In this document: one piece after another, positions 32,189 to 44,174 of the stretch
Numbering within the stretch: the stretch's first letter is position 1
How the letters are laid out: each line of letters begins with the position of its first letter
Source of the DNA: Macrostomum lignano
Taxonomy: Eukaryota
Assembly (NCBI GenBank): GCA_002269645.1
Contig: NIVC01000264.1
Coordinates: 311,957 to 375,956 of the forward strand
Length of the DNA: 64,000 bases
Reading direction: 5' to 3'
Position numbers and translations under genes: made by a program
The notes under the pieces: model-generated
What the model saw: the letters and a program-made list of their open reading frames with translations, nothing else
Told to the model about the DNA's origin: nothing
Databases searched by the model: none

Positions 32189-35100
32189 TCACCGCTGCTG
32201 CTGCTGCTTGGCGATGTACCGAGCCAGCAGCTCCGACCACCAGGTGCAGGCAGCGGCGGCGGCAGACTCTGACTCGTCCACAACCAGGCAGCCCTGCTCA
32301 ATCAGCGACTCAGCCAAGTCGACCCCGGCAGCATCGCAGAGGGCCACTCGCCAGACTTCCGCCTCGTCAGCCGCAGAGCGTCCGGTTTCAACAGTCATCA
32401 GCCTGACTGTCCATTCCCGGCCGTCGTTGGCTCCGAGAGCGGCGCAGAGAGTCTGCGAGTGCGATGCGGCGAAGGCATCGGCGGTGCGCACGAGCGCCAG
32501 GCGGCAAGCGTGGGCGAACGGCGCCAGAGGCGGCGACTGCAGCTCGGCGGGCAGAGGCGCCAGCTCCGAAGTCGCGGTGGCTTCGTCGTTGCCGAAGTCA
32601 ACGAAGCGCACGGTGAGGCTGCGACTGCCGGCCGGGTGGCGGTGCAGCAGCCGGGCCCGGTACCACTGGCCGTCCTGGGAGAATCTGGCCGCGAACAGGC
32701 CGCCTGAGGCGGGCGGATCGAAGCCGCCTGCAGGCACCGACTGCATGGCCGCCTGGGTTAGGGAGGGGGATTGGAGTGGGGGTTTATAGCGCAATGATGT
32801 AAGAGGGATTATCATACAACCCTGGGGATTATCGTACGGGGATTATCGCATGGGGATTATCGGGTTGGGATTATCGGGTAGGGATTATCGGGTAGGGATT
32901 ATCGGGCAGGGATTATCAAGTGGGGATTATCGGGTAGGGATTATCGGGTGGGGATCATCGGGTAGGGATTATCGGGTGGGGATTATCGAGTGGGGATTAT
33001 CGGGTGGGGATTATAGCGTGGTGGCTATTCGTGAGTGAAGATTTTCGATTGGAGGTTACTGGTTAAAGATTATCGGGTGACAAGGATTAGAGGATGAGGG
33101 GGTGGGGATTACCAAGTGGGGATGCAGGGTAAAATTACAGAGTGGAACACTGGTTTGGAAATGCAGGAAATTAGGAGAACTATTTGAGAATTAAAAGTAT
33201 GGAAAAAGAGGGAAAGCCATTTGAGAATATGATTCGAAAAAAGTGATTTATCAGCATTTCGAGATGGAAAAGTTAATTGCCAGAGCTAGGGGAATAATCT
33301 CAGAGGTCCCCCAGGTATCGCACTATACCTGCAGACTGGCGCTCATCTGCTCGAACTGCTCGCCGTGCCGAGTCACCTGGATGAAAAACAGGCCGTCAGG
33401 CTTGACCTCGCTGATGCCGCAGATCTCCGACTGCGGCGGCTGGTCCGAGGCGGCCGCTTACAGATTGCATTGGAAACGCAGGGGGTGCGTGGGAGGGAAT
33501 TAACGCTTTAGGTGGAACACAACCAGCGAGAGGCATTGCTGCCCGACTCCCCTGAGCAGGCACACAAGCGCGCGGATACGTACGCAGTCGTACGCACAGG
33601 CACACACTCACACAGGAGTGTACAGGGCCCTAACTTCATTTATCGTTAGGCATCTACAGTTCACTGTGTCAATTTCACGAGCAGAGCCAAGCCGAGATTC
33701 CAATTTAGCCTCAAATTAATGTGACTGCAACTTGGAATCGAGCCTGGGCCGCTGGCACATCAGAGCGCCGCGCTGGAACACTGGCTACTCGTTTATTGAG
33801 CCCCTATTTCCTAGAAATTCAGTCCTCAGGCTGTGATTTCACTGAACTATAAAAGCAAAAATCCTTACCTGTAGCGGTTGCACCTGCGGCAGGGGAAGCC
33901 ACTAAATTCGCGCCAACGTTAGCTACGTTGCTAGGCAACGCCGGTAGTCGCTGAGCGAAACGCCGTTCGACAAGCACGTCGGCTAGCGAACGGCCGTCGG
34001 GCAGCTCCAGCTGGCCAATCAGATTGCCGCCAGAGTCGGAGCCGGTCACGGACACTCGGACATCCCGCTGGAGGCACAACTCCTTCACAAACCTGGCCGC
34101 CGCCTGCCAGCCGGGGTCGCCGCTGCCTCCGCTAAAGCCGGATTTTTGTTTCGAAGATGCCGGCGGCGGCTGCGGACACGCAACGCCGTCCAGACGAAAG
34201 CCGGCCAGAAGCGACCGGTCGGGCAGGTAAACGCGTAGGCGGCTGGCGCTGGCCACGAATTCCACTATGGCTGCCAGGCCGGGGCCTGCGGACTGCCACA
34301 TGGACATATGGGGTGGGGAGATGTGAGATATGGGATGGGGAGATGTGAGATATGGGGTGGGGAGATGTGAGATATGGGATGGGGAGATGTGAGATATGGG
34401 GTGGGGAGATGTGAGATATGGGGTGGGGAGATGTGACATATGGGGTGGGGAGATGTGAGATATGGGATGGGGAGATGTGAGATATAGGATGGGGAGATGT
34501 GAGATATGGGGTGGGGAGATGTGAGATATGGGGTGGGGAGATGTGAGATATGGGGTGGGGAGATGTGAGATATAGGATGGGGAGATGTGAGATATGGGAT
34601 GGGGAGATGTGAGATATGGGGTGGGGAGATGTGAGATATGGGGTGGGGAGATGTGAGATATGGGGTGGGGAGATGTGAGATATGGGGTGGGGAGATGTGA
34701 GAGATGGGAGTGAGAGAGATGGGAGTGAGAGAGATGGGAGTGAGAGATGGTGGGAGTTGCTGAGATTCCAGGGCTCAAAGGGAGGGCGGCGCTGCAATTA
34801 TAATACTCTTATGCTGAAAGCTTGATATCAGGGGCAATGCTCTGCTTCCAGCATCTTCATCTGTAAGAAACTAATGGAGAAACTAATGGAGAACATGCGA
34901 GTCTTTTCACGTTGCCTCGTCTGGCTTAGACTGATGAAAGAAAGAAACGCATAAGAAACTTATCCATGCGTATTAAATGCTAAGCTCTGAATGCACTCTA
35001 ATGAACTCATAATGATTGGCTCATACTCTGGTGATCGCGAACTCACCACGAGCTCGGGCAGGCGCCTGGCAGCCAGCTGCCCGCCCCGGCCAGCCAGATC

Positions 35101-38100
35101 CTGCACCCGTGGCGGCTGATGATCCCCAGCGGCGTGAACTCCCGCTCGGCGCTGGCGAGCGTCGGCCTCGGCGGCGCGCAGAGCCGCAGGCGCTTCGCCA
35201 GCGCCAGGTGCCAAATAGGCCAGGCCGGCGCGGAGCAGCGCCTCGGCTGGATCAGCTGATCGCGCCGGCTCGCCGACAATCCGCACCGAGGCGGCGAGGC
35301 CGGCGGACTGTCCGGCCGCTTCAATCCGGGCGGCGATCCGGCGGCCGAGCAGGCGGCGCCGCAGCAGCTCCCTGGCCTCCAGCAGGTGCGGCACTTCAAA
35401 CAGCGGCCGATGCGGAGTCGGCGAGCCGGCTGGCGGCGCGGGCGGACGCAGATGCGCCAGTCGGAGCCGAACAAAGAGCTCGGCATGGAGCGGAGGATCG
35501 GGCCGGATCACCAGGCTGTCCCCGTTTCCGACCTCCACAACCGTGCCGTCAATCTGCTTGCCCGGCGCCAGGTGTCGTTGAAGGCTGTCGGCACTGCTGA
35601 GGCCAGAGGCCGGCTGCCGGGACCAGAGCCAGCGGCCGTCGGCCCGGGCGGAGGCCTCGGCGCGGCACAGGCTGTCGATGACGGAGGCGGCAGCGGTGAC
35701 CAGGTCGCGACCGGCTTCCGAGCAGGACGGCGGCCGCTCCTCGCGGTGCCTGTAGAAAGGAATGCGCGGTTGCTTTTGCACTACTATTAGGACCAGATGT
35801 AAGTAGTATGATTAAGCATTTGACAAAATTTTGCCTTTGTCAAAAGTATGAACTTTACCTTTTAGACACCTTGTCAGCAGCCATCACTCACCTAGCGAGT
35901 GATACTCAATCCCAATGACACCTGGTCAGCAGCCCTGCTCACCTAGCGAGTGATGCTCAATCCTAATGACACCTGGTCAGCAGCCCTGCTCACCTAGCGA
36001 GTGATGCTCAATCCTAATGACACCTGGTCAGCAGCCATCACTCACCTAGCGAGTGATGCTCAATCCCAATGACACCTGGTCAGCAGCCCTGCTCACCTAG
36101 CGAGTGATGCTCAATCCCAACGACACCTGGTCAGCAGCCCTGCTCACCTAGCGAGTGATGCTCAATCCCAATGACACCTGGTCAGCAGCCATCACTCACC
36201 TAGCGAGTGATACTCAATCCCAATGACACCTGGTCAGCAGCCATCACTCACCTAGCGAGTGATACTCAATCCCAATGACACCTGGTCAGCAGCCCTGCTC
36301 ACCTAGCGAGTGATGCTCAATCCCAATGACACCTGGTCAGCAGCCATCACTCACCTAGCGAGACCCCGCCGCACCAGCAGCTCGGAGATGAAGCCGCTGG
36401 GATGAGGCACCCAGCCGGCCAGACGCAGCTGGCCCCCAGCGCCGCAGTCAAAGGAGGCCTCGCACACGACCAGCCGCAGCCGCTTCTGCAGCAGGCGAGC
36501 CTCTACAAAGAAACGCGCCGCCTCGTGGCAGGGCTCGCCCGGCAACGGGGCAGCAACGCCGTAGAGACGGAACGAAGCCAGGCCTGAGGAATGCTTCCAG
36601 TCTGCAAGCTGAATGCGCCAGCTAGCGGCGTCCTCCACCTCCTCTAGCACCGCGGACAGCACCTGAGATCGAGTGAGATCGGTCGATCGAATTCCTATTA
36701 TGATCACATATTTCCTACTCTGATCACATCTTTCCTATTCTGATCACATATTTCCTATTCTGATCACATCTTTCCTATTCTGATCTCATCTTTCCTATTC
36801 TGATCTCATCTTTCCTATTCTGATCACATATTTCCTATTCTGATCACATATTTCCTATTCTGATCACATCTTTCCTATTCTGATCTCATCTTTCCTATTC
36901 TGATCACATCTTTCCTATTCTGATCTCATCTTTCCTATTCTGATCACATCTTTCCTATTCTGATCACATCTTTCCTATTCTGATCACATCTTTCCTATTC
37001 TGATCACATCTTTCCTATTCTGATCACATCTTTCCTATTCTGATCTCATTTTTCCAATTCTGATCTCATTGTTCCTATTCTGATCTCATCTTTCCTATTC
37101 TGATCTCATCTTTCCTATTCTGATCTCATCTTTCCTATTCTGATCTCATCTTTCCTATTCTAATTTCATCTTTCCAATTCTGATCTCATTGTTCCTATTC
37201 TGATCTCATCTTTCCTATTCTGATCTCATCTTTCCTATTCTGATCTCATCTTTCCAATTCTGATCTCATTGTTCCTATTCTGATCTCATCTTTCCTATTC
37301 TAATTTCATCTTTCTTATTCTGATCTCATCTTTCCAATTCTGATCTCATTGTTCCTATTCTGATCTCATATTTCCTATTCTGATCTCATATTTCCTATTC
37401 TGATCTCATATTTCCAATTCTGATCTCATCTTTCCTATTCTGATCTCATCTTTCCTATTCTGATCTCATATTTCCAATTCTGATCTCATCTTTCCTATTC
37501 TGATCTCATATTTCCAATTCTGATCTCATCTTTCCAATTCTGATCTCATCTTTCCTATTCTGATCTCATATTTCCAATTCTGATCTCATCTTTCCTATTC
37601 TGATCTCATATTTCCAATTCTGATCTCATCTTTCCAATTCTGATCACATCTTTCCTATTCTGATCTCATCTTTCCTATTCTGATCTCATCTTTCCTATTC
37701 TGATCTCATCTTTCTTATTCTGATCGCATTTTTCTTATTCTGATCTCATCTTTCCTACTCTGATCACATCTTTCCTATTCTGATCTCATCTTTCCTATTC
37801 TGGTCTCATCTTTCGAGCTCTGATCTCATCTTTCTGACTCTAATCCCACCCGTGACATCACATATATCTATGCTAAACTACCCTCCCTATCTATGACCTC
37901 ATTCGAACTCAATTTAAAAACCCAATTAATGTTACGCAATGCAGAGTCGAATCTCTTCTAGACTGACCTGGCCAATACCTGGTGTTGCTGCAAAACAAGC
38001 AGACGGCGAACGGCCGCTCCCGCCGCCGCCGCCGCCCCAGACGCCACGTTTCGCGCGACGAGCTTCGCCCTCAGGCCCGGCCAAACGATGGCAGGTGGCC

Positions 38101-41100
38101 AAGGCCAATCCGGCTAGCACTAGCTCTGTATTAATGCTCATCCGGCAGCCGTCCGCGTCAGACAAGTACAGAGTGCCAGCAGCGGCGGCGGCGCCGGGCC
38201 CTTCGTCGTTATCCAAAGACAGAACGGCGTCTCTTGAAACTAAACGTCGGCGTAGGTACTCGCGAGCGGCTGCGCAGGCCCAGTCAGAGTCTGGCGAGCG
38301 CAGGCCTGTCAAGTGGCAGCGCCATTCGGGTGGCGGGCAGCAGCTTTCGCGGTCCAGCCTGGCTCGAATTATCAACGAGTTGGCGGAGAGCACCTGAGTG
38401 GGGGTCGTTGGTTTGAATTTAAACTGTCGATCTCGACTATATAGACACTGTTGTCTCATTGTGTTGTAATAAATAACTCTATTATTTTTATTCTATGGGC
38501 AGTATTGATTTTTTCATTTAGTAGATAATTTGTAAGTGTATTCTCCTGATGTTTCTACTGTTAGTAGGCTATACAAGCAATGTAAAGAGACATTCATTTG
38601 GTATAGTTGTATTGTACATTCTAATTTATCAATCTGGCAAGATTTTCATAGAAATTTTTCTATATCTGCCAATTTTCTCTACGTTGTGTAGCACTAAAAA
38701 TTCATAAATTTGTAGAGGTCTGAGATGGGACAAAAAGTTTTACACAGGATAAATATAAATTGAATGACTTGCTATTTGGAACCAAATGGATTAGTTCCTT
38801 TTTAATTAATAGATGGGTCTAAGTTAAGGCTATATTAGCCTCTTTGACTTCTTCAAAGACAAGGTTCAATATCTACTCCTAGATGGCTAGCAGCTCAAAT
38901 GTGAGACTTAAAATACAAATGCAGGATTTTTTATATATCAATACAGACTTTTCTTACTCAATAAATAAGCAATTTTATTGTTGCAAAATTTGATGATATA
39001 TATGTCTTGCTTTTAAGTTGCTAGCCATCTAAGAGGAGATACACATTAAGCCCAGCCAGCTAGTCTACTCAGCTTTAGTAGATATAAGATTTAGTATAGA
39101 TTTTAGTATATAGGATAGATGCTTATAAATTTATTATTCTATGATAGCTCCCTTATAAGGCACTTTGCCTATAGTAAGTATTATTAAAGTAGCCATTTTA
39201 TACTTGTTTGGTTAGAAAAATAAATAATAAATGTAAAAGAAAATAAACATATATAATATAATATTTTTAATTGCTAGATATTTACAAATTCTTATTAAAA
39301 TAACCTTATATCAAGGGTATAAGGAGAGGGGATTAGGGGATATAATCCCCTAACAACAGCCAAAAAAATTTTTGAAGTCTGTTTTTCTCCTTACAAGCAT
39401 CTTATCCCCCAACCAAAAAAATTCCATTTCAAGATGTGGCCTATGCTCCCTCCCCCAAAGAAAATTTCTGGCTATATGCCTGCCTTACATGTACAACACC
39501 TAGCCAACCTGACCAATCTAGCTAGATAGAGGCTATTACAAAATTGACCTTTTCCAAAAAACAATAAATTAAAAAGGAAAATAAGAGCAAAGCAAAAGAG
39601 AAGATGAAAGAGAACAGAAAGAAATAACAAACTGAAAAAAACAATAAAAACTACAATTAGACTACTAAAGCTAGGCCTAACTAAGTTGCATTTTTGTTAA
39701 AACTAACTTTCTTAGCTAGTTTTAATTAGGGAGATTGTATTGTATATATATATATATATTTATTAATGATAATAATATATTTTAAAACTTTAACATAATA
39801 AATAAAATGTTTGTTGTTGATAGGGCACCATTTTTGATATTTTTCATTTTGAAATTCATTATCATTAGATATGATTTATATTGAAATATAATCTATTATA
39901 ATATTTTTATCTTATTTACTTGAATAAACTAAACTACAAACATAGCCATTCAGGTATTATATTATAGATAAATTATTTAAACAAATCTTACTGTCTTTTA
40001 ATTCTTATTGCAATCTATCAATTGGTTAAAACTTAACAAAAAAATCTTGCTCCATTTTTATGTCATTAGGCTAGGCCTAACTTCTATTTATAAACTTTTC
40101 TTATATCAACTTATTGTAATTGTGACAAATAAGGTGGAAAGATGGTTTGTATAGCAGTTAATTGGATAGTTCACAATTTAGACTTAGCAGATCAGCAAGC
40201 AGCTTTCACCCTTTAGTGTTACTTTGAATCATTATGCCTTGCAAAGATTGGGATTCAGTTGATTGGTTGGTGGGCTGAGGTAGGCGGCGGGAGAATTGAG
40301 GCAAGGAGGCCAGATAGCTAAGGGGTTTGCAAGCCTAGAGCGAGAAGCAAAGCAAAGAGAGCACAAAGGGAGAGAGTGGCTACTGACTGCAAGTATATAT
40401 ATTTAATTGGTAGGTAAACAGATAACAACACCCTTAATCCAAAAGCCAGACAAACCCCCCACACACAATGTACATGCACAAATTAATCAATAAAATATAT
40501 TGTGCAAGAATATCATAATGCCAGTACATGTACATAGATGGAACTACTTTATGAGAAATAATAATGATAGAATGAAAAACAAATAATAGAATAAATACAT
40601 ACGAGACTACAAAGAAACAAAGCATTTAATAGTAACATAAGCGTGATAATAATACATATAGGCCCCTAGAATATTGTTAAAATAAAATTAAAGAATACAA
40701 GTAGTACACTATGATGAATGCAAGATAAGGAAAATGGTACATATATACTTCTACAAACTACTGTCACATAATATTTTAGTGTTAATATTTGCCTTTGACT
40801 TTATATAATATAGACTTTCTAGTTTGTATTCTAAGAATAAAGAAGTCAAATCAAAGGCAAGGGCTTATTATTTAGCACTAAAGTCATGAAGATTTATAAA
40901 AAAAATACCTTGGCTTTATTACGCATGTCTGATGAATATTACTGACCAAAATTTAGTTGGAAATTATTCAAATAGGGCCTAGCATGGAGCCATAAAAGAA
41001 ACTTTACAATAAGTCTACAGTCGGAGTTATCTAAATCATTCATGCACAAGTTGTATGGAAAACTAATTGCACCAGTTAAGGCAAAAAATGAATACTAGCT

Positions 41101-41161
41101 GGCTTACCTGTTTAACAATTCCTGAAACTTGATTAATACCAACTTGATTAATATATGCCAT
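32189..41161 (-). CDS. SND1-like: Tudor-SN / SND1-like protein, divergent (868 aa)
   Basis: Phase-consistent exons: 41161-41108, 38393-37968, 36662-36355, 35749-35047, 34292-33869, 33456-33329, 32752-32189. Exon 1/2 join gives SGIVKQ|VLSANSLIIR. Four staphylococcal-nuclease-like repeats (e.g. AREYLRRRL...INTELVLAGLA...EARRAKRGVW; EARELLRRRLLGR) plus a Tudor domain FAARFSQDGQWYRAR...VRFVDFGNDE. Confidence 0.88.
32805..33015. repeat. 14-bp minisatellite GGGATTATCGGGTA, Tudor-SN-like intron 6
   Basis: About 14 copies. Confidence 0.88.
33735..33790 (-). mobile_element. tRNA-derived SINE head fragment
   Basis: Minus strand GTAGCCAGTG (A-box-like) ... GGCTCGATTCC (B-box-like); no complete cloverleaf seen. 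Confidence 0.4.
34305..34745. repeat. 22-bp minisatellite GATATGGGGTGGGGAGATGTGA, Tudor-SN-like intron 4
   Basis: About 18 copies, running to within about 15 nt of the acceptor. Confidence 0.93.
35865..36362. repeat. 51/52-bp minisatellite whose unit contains the exon 3 donor junction
   Basis: CCTAGCGAG (reverse complement CTCGCTAG|G) at 35891, 35942, 35993, 36045, 36096, 36147, 36199, 36251, 36302 and 36354 (the true donor). Confidence 0.95.
36710..37835. repeat. 20-bp minisatellite TCTGATCTCATCTTTCCTAT, Tudor-SN-like intron 2
   Basis: About 56 copies. Confidence 0.96.
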
Positions 41162-41646
41162 AAATGCTAAAAATTTTCAAATTAATTCTAAAAAACGAAT
41201 GAGTAAAAACGCAAGCAAATGGAGCACGAATAAAGAGATAATAGTCTGACCCTTCAGTTAAGCAACAGCCATGTTTGTTTCAGTCGAATGATCCCATTCT
41301 GTTAGTGTGCAGCCAGAGCCAGGATCAGATCTTTAATGTTCGCTGATTCAGAGCGCGTAAATTCAAACAGAATTTTAAATCTTTGAAACGATAGTTACGC
41401 AAGAAAACAAACATGCTGCTGTGCACTCACCAATTTTAAAAACTAATATGCGAGAAAGAAATTTTTAATTAAGCAAAAATATTATTTTTACATCTGACTA
41501 CTTAGCGAAGAAGAATTAACAATGCAACGTGTTATTGATATTTGCAGTTTTCTCTGGCAATACAATTTATTATTTTGGACGCATAGTTAAAATTTTATTT
41601 TTTTGAAAAAAAGCCTAATTATTACGAAGATAAAAGCTTGCGGACA

Positions 41647-41650
41647 GAGT

Positions 41651-41686
<36 letters not shown>

Positions 41687-41687
41687 C

Positions 41688-41749
<62 letters not shown>
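41647..41749. repeat. (GACA)n microsatellite
   Basis: Read directly. Confidence 0.93.
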
Positions 41750-41750
<1 letters not shown>

Positions 41751-42752
41751 TCTCACATACACAGAATTTAGTGTTGCGGACCACCTGAGCAGCGACATGC
41801 CCCTCTGATTCGCGGGAATCCTATAAAAGCAGCGAAAAACAAGACTGCATTTGGCATGCAAATCCACGGGTCAGAAGCAAATTGGGCGGGACGCCAATCG
41901 ATAAAATCCCATATTGCCAGTGCTATACTGCCATGGGCTAAAATCCTTTTCGTCTCTTTGATGTCTGTCTTTCGAGGGACAATATATTTATTGCCGCGGT
42001 AGCAAAACTGCTAATATTGTGCGTTCTGCCCGTGCAATGACTATTCATGAGCTGGGTCTTCTGGGCCACTTTGGCTGCACTTTTTGCCTCGAGTAGGGAG
42101 GGAGGAATTCATGAATAAAAATGATTCCACAGAAAAATTGCATAAATTTAAAAGAAAAATTCAACGTTGGGCTTATAGATATCGAGCGGAAACAACTTTC
42201 AAATACTTTTGACCAGATTGTGAACAGAAAGCAGTACTGGTGTAGTGTCCTTGGCAAAGTGTGTCGGCAAAGTGTCATAAATGTGAGGAGAACAGTATGG
42301 CTTCATCTGCTTCAGTCAAGTTTTTTTTGAATAATAGAAAGAGGAAAAGGAGGAGACATGAAGAGAAGATGAAGCAGAGAAGAGTGGAAGAAGAGATGGC
42401 GGAGAGAAGAGCGGAAGAGGAAATAGAAGGCAAATAAAGAAATGAAGGTCAAAGAAAGCTCAAAACAGTTTCTACTTGGCAATGGCCAATTATACTTGAC
42501 TTTGCGGAAGCTTATAAGTAAAGTGAAAGCAAACTGCATCCTAAGAAAGCCGATATCAAGCCATATCCGGCTGGCAGAGCTGCTAAACTTTTCTCCTCCG
42601 TTCTGATGAGGAATAATTGAGTCTGGGGAAGCGGCAAGCTGCTCTTCCAGGCAGTCAATCAACTTGGCATTATCTGGGGAACTCAGCCAGGCTGACCGGA
42701 GCAGAAAGCTGGTGCACTGGAGCTTCACTGGAGCATTTAGCTCGTACATGTA

Positions 42753-43565
<813 letters not shown>

Positions 43566-44174
43566 CCTATTCATTTCATTATCTATTCATTAAACTATTC
43601 CTTGTTCAATCATTGCCTTCCACCTGCGCTGTTGCAGCTTGAGGCCAGACGCGCAGGAAAAACCCGAAGGGGAAGGCAAGGCCAAAGAACGCTCTGTGAA
43701 GAGGGTAGCAGCGCGTCTTCCCCCGCTTTCTCTATTGTTTTTCTTTCCGTGCCCCCGGCTGCCATGGCTCTGCAGACTGCAGTGCAGGCAGTTTGAGTCC
43801 AGAGTCAGCCACCCCAGGCCGGTGTGAAGTGGCCAATGAGAGGGCGGCTTCCCCAGCCCAGACAGTTGGCAAAGGAAGCTCTGGAGGCACATCAGGCCCA
43901 TCGCACAAGTGGCCAATGACCGGCTGTAATCCATTCTGGTGCCTTAGGCTGCCACCTCCCTCCGCCGCTCTCTGCTCCCCTCTTGTTCTCCACTCGTTAA
44001 GCTTGAGGGGGAAAGACAAACGCATTGAGTCCCCGCTCTCTCTCCTGTTCCTCTCTCTCCCTCTCCTTTTCTCTGCTCTAAATTAATTTTCTGCAGCAGC
44101 ACCAGCAGCAGTTTAGTAGCTGCAAGCAGGACTAAAAATACCCGAAACCTGTTGCTTGCAAATCAGCCGGCAGC

